Shown here in pieces: positions 10,693 through 20,295 of a stretch of DNA of 64,000 nucleotides (the stretch's first letter is position 1; the number at the start of each line of letters is the position of its first letter). The stretch lies in the IMG/VR virus record IMGVR_UViG_3300032007_000027. One strand, given 5' to 3'. The notes below the pieces were generated by a model that worked only from the letters and a program-made list of their open reading frames with translations, had not been told where the DNA came from and searched no databases. This stretch comes from a virus. Its lineage: Duplodnaviria; Caudoviricetes. The translations under genes and the position numbers were made by a program.

Positions 10693-11961
10693 TTAGATGA
10701 ATTTATTCCAAACGTCATTCTTTCTCATACCGTCTTTCTTTGATACGATGGTATCATTTTCAAGATAGTAATCATCATCATCGGATTCAACAACTCGTTC
10801 ACGGTCTTTGATTCTGTCTTTTACAGTAGGTTTCTTTGCAATCTCAGCCGGAACAACCTGAATGTTTTCTTTGATTGATTTCAGCTTATTGATGAAGTTT
10901 TCATCTCTGGTAAAATCAATGGTTTCTGCAATCTTTTCAAACTTCTGAGCCTGCAGAATAGTTAAACCATCTTTCATTTCATTGATAATACCGGCTTTAA
11001 TCAGATTGTTGTTTTCTTTACGCAGTCTGATGTTTTCGTTCACTTCCTTATTGTATCTTTCAAGTAAATCTGCATCTTCCTCTTTCTTTGCATTGTCTTT
11101 TTCGGCTTTGGCTTCGTTAATCTCTTTTAAGCCGATACCGGTTTTCAGACACAAAGTAGAAAACATATCAAGGATAACATTGGTATTAGATTCGTTAACT
11201 TTCATATCAAGCTTATCTTTATAATCATTGATAAATTCATTGATTACATTTTCAGCATACATATCAAGATTTTCAATGATTTCCTTGCATGTCAAATCAA
11301 CATATTCCTCTGCAAGTTCATTCAATTTATTGATATGCTCATTGATAGCCTTGCGTTCTTCTTCACGCACATATTTAGCATATTCCTCGCCTTGCTGGAT
11401 AAGCTGTTCAGTATGCTCATTAAGTTCTTCTTTGAACTTTGCTTTAAGTTCCTTAACTTTTTCATTAACTTTTTCATCTGCATACAGTTTAGCATATTCT
11501 TCAGCCTGAGTAATAAGATTTTCTGTTTTTTCGTTAAGTTCATTTTTGAACTTTTCGTTAAGTTCAGTTTCTTTTTCGTTAACCTTTTCATCGGCAACAA
11601 CGCTGGCATATTCTTCAGCCTGTTCAATCAATGATTCAGTATGTTCGCTTAATTCATTTTTGAAACGCTTAGTCATTGATTTAATTTCGGCTTTATATTT
11701 GTTTTCAAGATTTGCAGCAGCAGTATCAACTTCCTGAGATGCATAATCCTCTGCATCTTCTTCAAGTTTTGAGATTTGTTCCTCATGCTGTTCGGTCAGT
11801 TCCTTAATTTCCTGTTCGTGTTCCTCGGTTAATTCTTTAATTTTAGAATCAACGGTTTCCTGAACACGCTCATTAACTTTCTGATCGAAAGTTTCTTCAA
11901 GTTCTTTCTGAAATTCGGGGGTGAAAGCTTCCCCGATGCTTTCCTGTAATTTATCCAACAT
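10693..11961 (-). CDS. Prohead core scaffold protein (T4 gp22-like)
   Basis: Acidic coiled coil directly downstream of the prohead protease; repeated LIEQAEEYA modules. Confidence 0.8.
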   Translation of the reverse strand: MLDKLQESIGEAFTPEFQKELEETFDQKVNERVQETVDSKIKELTEEHEQEIKELTEQHEEQISKLEEDAEDYASQEVDTAAANLENKYKAEIKSMTKRFKNELSEHTESLIEQAEEYASVVADEKVNEKETELNEKFKNELNEKTENLITQAEEYAKLYADEKVNEKVKELKAKFKEELNEHTEQLIQQGEEYAKYVREEERKAINEHINKLNELAEEYVDLTCKEIIENLDMYAENVINEFINDYKDKLDMKVNESNTNVILDMFSTLCLKTGIGLKEINEAKAEKDNAKKEEDADLLERYNKEVNENIRLRKENNNLIKAGIINEMKDGLTILQAQKFEKIAETIDFTRDENFINKLKSIKENIQVVPAEIAKKPTVKDRIKDRERVVESDDDDYYLENDTIVSKKDGMRKNDVWNKFI

Positions 11962-11975
11962 TTTAAAAGCCTCTA

Positions 11976-12704
11976 TTAAAGTTTTGAAATAAAATCATTA
12001 AATCTTTTCTTAAATTCTGATTGAATCATTTTTATATTATCACCAGAACTCTTTTTGGATTCTCTGAGGAATCTCTGAGTAACATTATTCTTATTACTAA
12101 CAACACGGTTGCTGTTTTCATCAATCTGTATAATGTTACCGTAATTATCTATCATATAATATTTATCTTGAACAATTCCCTCATTCAAAATACTTGATTC
12201 ACATACACCGTTCATAGTTGCATTGAAGTCTGACGGATTAGGAACAATATCATATGTAATCAATTCATAATCGGTAACAACACCGTTTACCACATCTCCA
12301 ACCCCTCTTGAAGATACGGAAATCTTAATACCGTTTTTAATCAATGATTTTAACTGATTTGCCTGCGGGTTGTCAAGCAAAACAGCTTCACCCATTACAT
12401 AATTTCCCTGAATATATAATGATGTGATTTTAGCAACAGCTTTCATCAAATCAACTTCGGTTCTGTCAGGATGCTCATATTCCATCAATGAACGTGTAGA
12501 ACCGTTTGAGATATACGGCTGGTACTTTCTAACCTGTTCTTCCCAAACTTCTCTAGGGTAGACTCTGCCATTTCGGTTCTTTTCCCCGATTGTAGAAAAG
12601 ATACCTTTAATCTTATAAACTTTTTCTTTATTTCCAGATTCAGTTAAGAACTCTTCATTTAAAATTTGAAGTTCTCTCGAATCATCATCAAAAAACAGTT
12701 GCAT
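11976..12704 (-). CDS. Prohead protease (T4 gp21-like)
   Basis: KNRNGRVYP, EHP, VSSRGVG, YDIVPNPS motifs. Confidence 0.95.
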   Translation of the reverse strand: MQLFFDDDSRELQILNEEFLTESGNKEKVYKIKGIFSTIGEKNRNGRVYPREVWEEQVRKYQPYISNGSTRSLMEYEHPDRTEVDLMKAVAKITSLYIQGNYVMGEAVLLDNPQANQLKSLIKNGIKISVSSRGVGDVVNGVVTDYELITYDIVPNPSDFNATMNGVCESSILNEGIVQDKYYMIDNYGNIIQIDENSNRVVSNKNNVTQRFLRESKKSSGDNIKMIQSEFKKRFNDFISKL

Positions 12705-12799
12705 AGTTGTTCCTTTTTATAATGCTGCAGTATTATTAACTATTTATATTTATATTCAAAAAATATTAAAAAGTTCTTGATTTTTAGTGAAATCTTTAA

Positions 12800-13235
12800 A
12801 AAGTGGCTCAAAGTGCATATAAACTATTTAAGATTTGTAAAAGTTTATTGCATGTTTGAGGGGGTTTCCAGTAGTTCTTTACCGACCTTTAGACTATAAA
12901 ACCCCCTCAAAGTGTGCATAAACTATTTCAGTTTGCCAATAGTTTATTAGCAGTTTGGGGACTTTTGATTACTTTTTAACCGTTTGCAAGGTACTAGAAC
13001 ACGGTTCTTGATGGTTACAGAATCCTAAAAACATGCTCAAAGTGTGCATAAACTATTTCAGTTTGCCAATAGTTTATTAGCAGTTTGGGGACTTTTGATT
13101 ACTTTTTAACCAACTGTATGAACATAGAGCAAGGCTCTGAACTGTTGCAGAATCCTAAAAACATGCTCAAAGTATCAATAAACTATTGGCATTTGCCAAT
13201 AGTTTATTGCATGCTTGGGGACTGTTTGGGGGTGG
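12800..13235 (-). repeat. Intergenic repeat array B (4 cores), inverted relative to A
   Basis: Same ATAAAC-N18-GTTTAT units; ~75 bp exact direct repeat at ~12906 and ~13036. Confidence 0.85.
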
Positions 13236-13314
13236 GTAATGATTATTTGAAACTTGTTGAAGAACAACTGCATTTAAAAAAATCTGTGACATTTGTCACA
13301 GATTATAAAGAATC

Positions 13315-13590
13315 TTATTCTTCACAGTTTGAAAGTTGACGGTGGATATCTTCACGCTTCATATGTCTGCCAACGGCAAGTTCTTTTGCCCTTGCATACA
13401 GTTTTCCGGGGAGATATCCATGGTATTTGTACATTGTATCAAGCAAATCGTGGATTTCCCAGTATAAGTCAGCATTCGGTGAAATCCCCTGTGGGTGTAC
13501 TTCATCAATCAGCGAAATCAAGTTGAACTGTATGAATTCCCTTGATACAGGGTATAACTTCTGTCCGGTTTTCTTATCAATTTTAGTCAT
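13315..13590 (-). CDS. Hypothetical protein
   Basis: GAGGATTGAGAAA leader; flanked by TCTGTGAC...GTCACAGA palindromes. Confidence 0.65.
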   Translation of the reverse strand: MTKIDKKTGQKLYPVSREFIQFNLISLIDEVHPQGISPNADLYWEIHDLLDTMYKYHGYLPGKLYARAKELAVGRHMKREDIHRQLSNCEE

Positions 13591-13737
13591 TTTCTCAATC
13601 CTCTCATTCGTTTCGATGTATATATAATACTATAAAATAAATAAAAAATCTGTGACAAATGTCACAGATTTTGAGATTGATTGAAAATAAATGATTAAAA
13701 CGCATGTCTTTCAAATCTTTTAATAAATCTAAGATTT

Positions 13738-14670
13738 TTACCATTCAAGTAACTCAATCGGGCTGTATTTTAAGGTTGAATAAAGTTTTTCAAGTTTTTT
13801 AGATACCTTTTGACCGTTAAATGTACACGTTTTATCTTTAGAATATACTTCAAAAAAGTCATCCGGCATTTGATATTCGGAAATGAAAACTTGTTGATTT
13901 TTCTCTCTGCATTTCCTTAACCATTCATAGAATTTTTCATGATTGAAATCATCAAGATATGTACCAGTATTGATATAAGGTGGGTCACAATAGATTACTG
14001 AATCATTCTCAATAGGAACTTGTTCATAACTTAAATTAGATAAAAGTACCCCCCCCCCATTATTGATGCTTGAAAGGCTCTGAAGTCTTTCAAGCCTTTC
14101 AACGCTTTCGATAACACTTCTTGCATGATTATTCTCAGTATTAAAATGTTTGCGAACTGTGTCAACGATTTTATTTTCATTCAATAGAACTGTTAAAAAT
14201 CTTTGAAGTTCTAATCTTCTTTCTTTAATATTATTAGAACTATATTTAAAATCTTTCAAATCTATATACTTATTAAGTAAAGAATTATCATTAAAGAAAA
14301 TAGTGTAATGAACTGCTTTTTTGAAAGGTTCAGTTTCAGAATTATAAGCATATGTTCTAAAGCTGTTTCCAAAAGAAAAACAACAAGCAACATACGGATC
14401 TGTATCCTTTAATCTTTCAAAATCCTCTTTTGAAATCCATCGGTTTTCATTCTTAAATTCTCCATTAATAGCCATTTTAAATGCTTTAAAAACTAATGGA
14501 TTGAACTCATTATAATGAACAAACTCATATTTCCCACTTAATAAAGCGCAATGGGTCATAGCACCGCCACCGCCAAACAGATCATAAAAATGTTTTGCCG
14601 GTGGCAATTGTGCTATGATGTTTTCTGCTATTTTATTCTTTGAACCTTTGTATGGAATACCGTAATTCAT
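13738..14670 (-). CDS. Dam-like N6-adenine DNA methyltransferase
   Basis: YKGSK, DLFGGGG, YCDPPY; in-frame G10 tract. Confidence 0.9.
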   Translation of the reverse strand: MNYGIPYKGSKNKIAENIIAQLPPAKHFYDLFGGGGAMTHCALLSGKYEFVHYNEFNPLVFKAFKMAINGEFKNENRWISKEDFERLKDTDPYVACCFSFGNSFRTYAYNSETEPFKKAVHYTIFFNDNSLLNKYIDLKDFKYSSNNIKERRLELQRFLTVLLNENKIVDTVRKHFNTENNHARSVIESVERLERLQSLSSINNGGGVLLSNLSYEQVPIENDSVIYCDPPYINTGTYLDDFNHEKFYEWLRKCREKNQQVFISEYQMPDDFFEVYSKDKTCTFNGQKVSKKLEKLYSTLKYSPIELLEW

Positions 14671-14693
14671 TGTTTAAAAACTTTCTCTTTTAT

Positions 14694-14741
14694 AATCCCC
14701 CCGAAACCCCACACCGTAAATGTGTGGGTGGGGTAGTTTAC
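14694..14741 (+). mobile_element. 48-bp minimal IS200/IS605 derivative (both ends fused)
   Basis: TTTAT|AATCCCC..CCCCACACCGTAAATGTGTGGG..GGGGTAGTTTAC matches both ends of element 42814-44829. Confidence 0.8.
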
Positions 14742-14944
14742 AGTTCTTTATATTTTTTAATAACTTTTTCTAAATACCACTTGGCATTTTCTAAATCTTC
14801 ACAACCGTTTTTGTGTTTAAATCGCCAAATGTATTTTATAACATTTCCTATACAAAATCCGTCAAATCCATCAAGATCTGAAGATAAATCTTCAATAATA
14901 TCGATATAATGATTCGGATTTACTTTATCTTCACTCTCGTTCAT
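14738..14944 (-). CDS. DUF3310-like protein
   Basis: VNPNHY...GFCIGNVIKYIWR..HKNG.EDL..A.WYL. Confidence 0.85.
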   Translation of the reverse strand: MNESEDKVNPNHYIDIIEDLSSDLDGFDGFCIGNVIKYIWRFKHKNGCEDLENAKWYLEKVIKKYKEL

Positions 14945-15836
14945 AGTTCCTCTTTTTCAATGATTCTTTTAAAATCTTAGTTAAAAATACTTTCAACTCT
15001 TGAAACGAAATTTTAGGGTATTTGAATTTAAACACTATATTGGCGACTTCTTCTTTGATGAACTCACTTATAAGCATGTTGCAATACTTATCATAAATGA
15101 ATTTTTCAGTAGGTTCAATACTTTCTGTGAATTCCACCGGAAATTTTTCAACGTATTTAATAGTTTCTTTCTCAATCCATGCATCGGTAAAGAATTTATT
15201 ACGGATTTCACTGAATAAATCCTTGCCTTGAATTGATGGCTTTTCATTCAGAATTTTCGCCCATACCTGTCTGCCGTATTTATTAACAGCATCATAGTTC
15301 TTGATAACATACCCCTCACCGTATTCAAATGAATCCTCAAGTAAGAACTTTCCAAAATCCGAGTTGAAACTTTTAACGGTTTCTTCAACATTTTCATTTG
15401 AAATCACTTTGCTAGGAACAAAGTTTATACCGCATTCGGCAAGTGCAGTAACATCGATAGGTATATACTTATTAATCTTAGTATCATATCTATCAAAAAC
15501 ATAAAAAGTATTATGATATTCCGGTTTTACCCTAAATATATGATTGATTAGAAACTCACCATATAAAATATCATCAGGATGTTTTCTAAAGTATTTAAGA
15601 TATTTTTCCCGATTTTCTTCTATATACTGTGCAAACCCTTGATTATCATTGTTAACACTTAAAACACGGTTTCTTGAACCTACTACAAGTTCGTCATATT
15701 CTTTAACATATGTAACAACACCGTTAGTTCCATCAAGTTTAGGTTGCACAATAAGTTCTTTACAGTCTTTAAGATAAAGAACTTCATCGGTATCCCAACG
15801 TTCTACATGTTGATATTTAATTGCGTAATCTGACAT
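14931..15836 (-). CDS. RNA ligase (Rnl2-like nucleotidyltransferase)
   Basis: KLDGTN motif I, YGEF, FYVFD, GEGYVIK. Confidence 0.8.
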   Translation of the reverse strand: MSDYAIKYQHVERWDTDEVLYLKDCKELIVQPKLDGTNGVVTYVKEYDELVVGSRNRVLSVNNDNQGFAQYIEENREKYLKYFRKHPDDILYGEFLINHIFRVKPEYHNTFYVFDRYDTKINKYIPIDVTALAECGINFVPSKVISNENVEETVKSFNSDFGKFLLEDSFEYGEGYVIKNYDAVNKYGRQVWAKILNEKPSIQGKDLFSEIRNKFFTDAWIEKETIKYVEKFPVEFTESIEPTEKFIYDKYCNMLISEFIKEEVANIVFKFKYPKISFQELKVFLTKILKESLKKRNYERE

Positions 15837-15913
15837 TTTTACACCTCTTTTTTAAAAAATCAAATTTATTTATATAAATATATATAAAAGACACTTTTTA
15901 GAGGGTTCAAAAG

Positions 15914-16165
15914 ATGGAAAATATTATTATCAATGCTGTTTCACTTGCAGTAATCGTATTATCTGTAATCTATATCATAAGGGATTACAGAGCATCAAAA
16001 CGTTTAAACAATATTAAATCTGAGGTTGATTTATGTTCAGAACAAATCAAGGATTTTAATAACAATGTATTGAACATACATGAAAAGCTTGAATTCATCG
16101 AACAGCGTTTAACTAATATCGAGCAGACCGTTTCTGCAGAATCAAAATATACCAAGCTGGATTAA
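15914..16165 (+). CDS. Small membrane-anchored coiled-coil protein
   Basis: N-terminal hydrophobic helix; late promoter upstream. Confidence 0.6.
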   Translation: MENIIINAVSLAVIVLSVIYIIRDYRASKRLNNIKSEVDLCSEQIKDFNNNVLNIHEKLEFIEQRLTNIEQTVSAESKYTKLD

Positions 16166-16166
16166 G

Positions 16167-16724
16167 ATGTTAACATTACAGGAAAAGATGATTTCAATAC
16201 TTGGGGACGGTGCAAGAAGTACCAAGTATGATATCGAGTTTTATCATAATGACACAAAAATAACCTCTGAAAATGTGGGTATTCTGTGCCGGACGGCATC
16301 TGTGCCAAACCGTCAGTTAATCTCTATACCTATAAAATACAAGGGCAGAGAGGTTTATATCCCCGGACAGACCAAATACACCGGAGTATTTGACTGTGAG
16401 TTTTATTGTACAGAAAATCATAATGTAAGAGATTATTTTGAAAAGTGGCAGCAAAGTATTGAAATGCGTTCCAAAGTAGTTGCATTTAATCCGAACGATG
16501 CACAAAGCAGACTTGCAAATTTAAACGGACTTGAAACCATAACCGTATATCAGACTTCTTTCTTATCTAATGATTTAGATAATAAGAGTCAGCGTTCAAA
16601 AGGATATAAGTTCTATGGCGTATATCCGATGGAAATATCACCGATGCAATACGATTCAAGCGGTCCCGGTAATGTATTGACATTTACCGTCACATTTCAG
16701 TATACTTTTTATTCAGTACTTTAA
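16167..16724 (+). CDS. Tail tube protein (gp19-like)
   Basis: GR...PG....VR..FEKWQ...YGVYP..ISPMQYD....TFTVTFQY. Confidence 0.85.
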   Translation: MLTLQEKMISILGDGARSTKYDIEFYHNDTKITSENVGILCRTASVPNRQLISIPIKYKGREVYIPGQTKYTGVFDCEFYCTENHNVRDYFEKWQQSIEMRSKVVAFNPNDAQSRLANLNGLETITVYQTSFLSNDLDNKSQRSKGYKFYGVYPMEISPMQYDSSGPGNVLTFTVTFQYTFYSVL

Positions 16725-16735
16725 GGATTTAGAAA

Positions 16736-17455
16736 ATGCTAATAAACACTAGAAAACTTTTAACTGCATATATCCGTGAGCAGTTAGGTGAACCGGTAAT
16801 CAATGTAGAAGTACCTGATTCAGCCATTTCACAGATAATTGATGATACTATTCAAAAGTTTACTGAATATGCATACGGTACGCTTGAAGGTGTTGTATTA
16901 TGCGAATTAAAAGGCATGGGGGAATATGATTTACCCCCAAGGGTAACAAATATTAAAAAGGTTGCTAAAGGAACTGGAAGTAATATGTTCAGTTTCGATA
17001 CAAATTTCGGTGCTGGGTATGTGCCGGATATATGGACTGAATTTTATACAAGTACCTTAACGAGTTCCGCTGTTAATGCGATTTGTGCAATCTCTGCAAT
17101 ACAGTCAATTCTTGATAACTATTTTGGTGATGATATCAATTACAATTTCAATGCATGGAAGAAAACCTTACAGGTATTTGAAAACTATAGTGGAAAGGTT
17201 TTAATCTGGTATCAGTATGAATACGAGCCGGATGAGCAGGATTACATATTTAATCAAGAATGGGTTAAACGGTATTGCATTGCAAAAACAAAACTTTTAT
17301 GGGGAACTATTACAGGAAAGTATTCACAAAGCTTGATTGGCGGCGCACAGATTAATTATTCTGATATGAAATCCGAAGCACAAACAGAGATTGATGCCCT
17401 TGAAGAAGAATTAAAGAGCAAATGGTGTGATCCGTGTCCGATACTTATCAGCTAA
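16736..17455 (+). CDS. Neck protein (gp13-like)
   Basis: LG.PVINVEV...WVKRY..A..K..WG...GKY....GG..IN. Confidence 0.9.
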   Translation: MLINTRKLLTAYIREQLGEPVINVEVPDSAISQIIDDTIQKFTEYAYGTLEGVVLCELKGMGEYDLPPRVTNIKKVAKGTGSNMFSFDTNFGAGYVPDIWTEFYTSTLTSSAVNAICAISAIQSILDNYFGDDINYNFNAWKKTLQVFENYSGKVLIWYQYEYEPDEQDYIFNQEWVKRYCIAKTKLLWGTITGKYSQSLIGGAQINYSDMKSEAQTEIDALEEELKSKWCDPCPILIS

Positions 17456-17716
17456 TATGACATCTATTGACGTATTTAGACCTATTTAAAATTTTAAAAA
17501 GCGAAATCGTTTGAAGAAGGTCTTGACCGATGTAATCAACGAATACAAGATCTCCATCTTTCAAATATACAAAATTCGCTTTCTTAAACGGTTCTTTGTA
17601 GTACGTATGGACGTAGTATTTGATCCCTTCAAATTCAAAATCCATAATTTTTCGTCTTTTAAGTTATTATATATAAATATTTATAATAATTTGTAAAAAA
17701 TTAAGGATTTTTCTAT

Positions 17717-18082
17717 ATGCCTACTTTTTCATCTGCAACAAGTTTATATGAGGATTTTGCAAATCCTGAAGAAACAGTATTTGATGAAAATGCGATTTCA
17801 AATGCGTTGCATAACATATTAAATACAAGAATAGGTTCAATGCCGGGAAGACCTACTTTCGGTTCAAGAATTTATGAAGTTCCTTTTGAGCCTAACGATG
17901 ACAGCACTAAACTGTTTTTGATTACTGTTATCCGTGAAGCAATCTCAAAATGGGAAAAGAGAATAGTAATAAAGAATATATCTATAATAACATCAAAAGA
18001 AAATACATTAGCTGCTTTGATTGATTATTACTTTAAGGATGCATCTATCAATGCAAGGGCAAAAGTAACATTATTGATTTAG
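17717..18082 (+). CDS. Baseplate wedge protein (gp25-like)
   Basis: AI.N.L.NILNT..G..P..PTFGS.I....FE...WE.RI. Confidence 0.9.
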   Translation: MPTFSSATSLYEDFANPEETVFDENAISNALHNILNTRIGSMPGRPTFGSRIYEVPFEPNDDSTKLFLITVIREAISKWEKRIVIKNISIITSKENTLAALIDYYFKDASINARAKVTLLI

Positions 18083-18090
18083 AGGAAAAT

Positions 18091-18621
18091 ATGGAACTTT
18101 CACAGGCTTTTAACAAGATTGTAAATACAAAATGGTCTTTTGCCAATAATTTTAAAATTCACTTTCAAGGTGAACATGCAAACATGTTTGACTTTCTGCC
18201 GAATCATGGTGAACTTCATGTAATAAATTTCAGTCTGGATGCATTGATGGCAGAGGATTTGTCAATCTTTGCCGGTGGCAGACATTTACAGATCTTAGGT
18301 GTTGAAGAAGTGCATAGTGGTTCATTTAAAATACGTGATTATAATCAGTTAAGTATTTATAAACAGTTTATAAAAATATGGAGAACCCAGTTATACAAGT
18401 ATTATGATGATTACAAATTCAGTATTGTAGTAATCAAAGAGCCGGATTATCCCGATGAAAGTGAGAAAGTTATATTAACCGCTAAAGAATGTTATATCCA
18501 TACAGTAGATGTATTGCAGTTAGATAATGAGAATGAGAATCAGATTTTTGAATTTACTGTTAACTTTAGAACACCGAACGTGAGCATTGACAATTTTGAT
18601 CAGTATGCATTGTTTAGATAA
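18091..18621 (+). CDS. Tail-tube-like baseplate protein (gp54/gp19-like)
   Basis: C-terminal LD....NQIFEFTVNF resembles gp19/gp54. Confidence 0.6.
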   Translation: MELSQAFNKIVNTKWSFANNFKIHFQGEHANMFDFLPNHGELHVINFSLDALMAEDLSIFAGGRHLQILGVEEVHSGSFKIRDYNQLSIYKQFIKIWRTQLYKYYDDYKFSIVVIKEPDYPDESEKVILTAKECYIHTVDVLQLDNENENQIFEFTVNFRTPNVSIDNFDQYALFR

Positions 18622-18623
18622 AG

Positions 18624-18995
18624 CTATTCTATTGTATAATACGTTGTCCCGTGTGGATAATCGAATTCAAAAGTATTTGATTCCCTAAACAATTCATATC
18701 TAATTGTGTGCGGTGGAAGTGCATCAATAACGCTAAGGCATTTCCACTCTAAGTCATAAAGGAAATCGACATAATCATTTATGTTTTCTAACGTGATGTT
18801 TCTGACGGTTTCCGCATCATCATACCAGCCAGCTAGATATAAAAGAGTTGGTACGTTTGATAGATTAGATTTTACCAAATCATCCGGTGTGGCAAATTCG
18901 TCATCGTTTCTCGCTCTGCAGTCTAAAACGCAAATCATATATTCAGCAAGATAGATTAATTCATCAATACTCAAATCCTTAATATTCGTATTCAT
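18624..18995 (-). CDS. Hypothetical protein (paralog of 19190..19555)
   Basis: Shared I.DL...EL...AE...L...GW.D.AET...ITLENI..Y. Confidence 0.7.
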   Translation of the reverse strand: MNTNIKDLSIDELIYLAEYMICVLDCRARNDDEFATPDDLVKSNLSNVPTLLYLAGWYDDAETVRNITLENINDYVDFLYDLEWKCLSVIDALPPHTIRYELFRESNTFEFDYPHGTTYYTIE

Positions 18996-19071
18996 AGGTC
19001 ATACCTCTCTAAAATCTTTATTTAAAATATAAAACATTTTTCAACAAAAATCAATAATATATTATAATAAG

Positions 19072-19108
19072 TATGAAACATATCACAAATTAAGTGATAT
19101 ACGTCAAA
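19072..19108. promoter_or_regulatory. Two CRP-like boxes serving divergent sigma70 promoters
   Basis: TATGA-N6-TCACA and AGTGA-N6-TCAAA, each centred 25.5 bp upstream of a TTGATT -35. Confidence 0.55.
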
Positions 19109-19189
19109 CTTATAATCCCTGAATGTTGATTTTTACTTTGTAATTATATATAATATATAATGAATTATAGAAAGTATTAGAGGTTTGAA

Positions 19190-19555
19190 ATGAAAAAGAA
19201 GAATAATAAGGCTGTAAAAATTGAAAAAATAACAGATCTAACCAAACCGGAACTTGCTTTTATAGCAGAAGATCTATTATGTGAAGTTTTAGACAGAGCA
19301 TCGTATAATAATGAAGAATATAATGCAACGGATGAAGATATTATTAAGGATTTGAATAGATCTCAAATTGTATTAAAGTTAATAGGTTGGAGAGATTTTG
19401 CTGAAACTATCAGCAAAATCACATTGGAAAATATTTGCAATTATGAAAAAGAGATCACAGTTATATATTATAATTGCATGAGAATCATGGATTCTGGAAG
19501 ATATGAATTGTACTGTAATCTATGCCTTGAAGATAAATTCTACTTGCTTAAATGA
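19190..19555 (+). CDS. Hypothetical protein (paralog of 18624..18995)
   Basis: GAGG RBS; similarity to the divergent neighbour. Confidence 0.7.
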   Translation: MKKKNNKAVKIEKITDLTKPELAFIAEDLLCEVLDRASYNNEEYNATDEDIIKDLNRSQIVLKLIGWRDFAETISKITLENICNYEKEITVIYYNCMRIMDSGRYELYCNLCLEDKFYLLK

Positions 19556-20202
19556 AAAGATATCTCATGAAGAATAATTTGATTATCCTCAATCTTGATG
19601 TATCTTTCTTTTTCTATGTTTGGATTGTTTTTATTATTGCGTTTGTGTATTGTTGGTCCGCAATAACGATTGATGTTTGCATCCGTATCAATTTGATCAT
19701 AATCTGTATTTTTGTTTTCTAAGTTATCAATTTTGTATATAAATGCAAACTTGATATACAAATTTTTAGGTCTTATACTGCTTGGATTTGCTAAATCTGT
19801 ATTACATACATTTAGGAAATTTTTAATTTTGAATACATAAGCCGGGCAATTCTTATTTGTATTAAGCGTTTCTATAAAATCGTTAGGTGTTAATTTTAAC
19901 AGGTAATTTTTAATCAATTGCTCAATACAATTCTCATCTTTTAAATCTATGTCAAGCAAAGAGAATGTGACTAGATTCTTGTTTCGTTCTTCAATCTGCA
20001 GTTTTGCTTGCTTATGCAAACATTGATTTAGCATATGCATAATAACATTGTATACTTCTTCTACCTTATACCATCTGTTAATTCTTTCTTCTTCACTGAC
20101 ACATTTTGATTCTCTAGGTATGATAACTGGTAGCAAAAAGCAATTATGACCTCGTTCTTTAACATGCATCTCATTCATTTTTAAAAACTGTCTAAAATTC
20201 AT
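19540..20202 (-). CDS. Possible MqsR/RelE-like RNase with capsid-targeting leader
   Basis: MNFRQFLKMNE leader; LT..DF...YVF...LYIKF...ISFH. Confidence 0.45.
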   Translation of the reverse strand: MNFRQFLKMNEMHVKERGHNCFLLPVIIPRESKCVSEEERINRWYKVEEVYNVIMHMLNQCLHKQAKLQIEERNKNLVTFSLLDIDLKDENCIEQLIKNYLLKLTPNDFIETLNTNKNCPAYVFKIKNFLNVCNTDLANPSSIRPKNLYIKFAFIYKIDNLENKNTDYDQIDTDANINRYCGPTIHKRNNKNNPNIEKERYIKIEDNQIILHEISFHLSK

Positions 20203-20295
20203 ATATTCAATCCTTAATTTTAGTGAACTATCTTTATTTATTTATATTATATAAATATAAATAATATATAAAAAGTTTTCATGAAGGATTAAAAA

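Noticed and set aside
10982-11737. Short overlapping ORFs, mostly antisense (also 2501, 3001, 28075, 63004 and others)
   Set aside because: Shadow frames of well-supported genes, without RBS or recognisable motifs.
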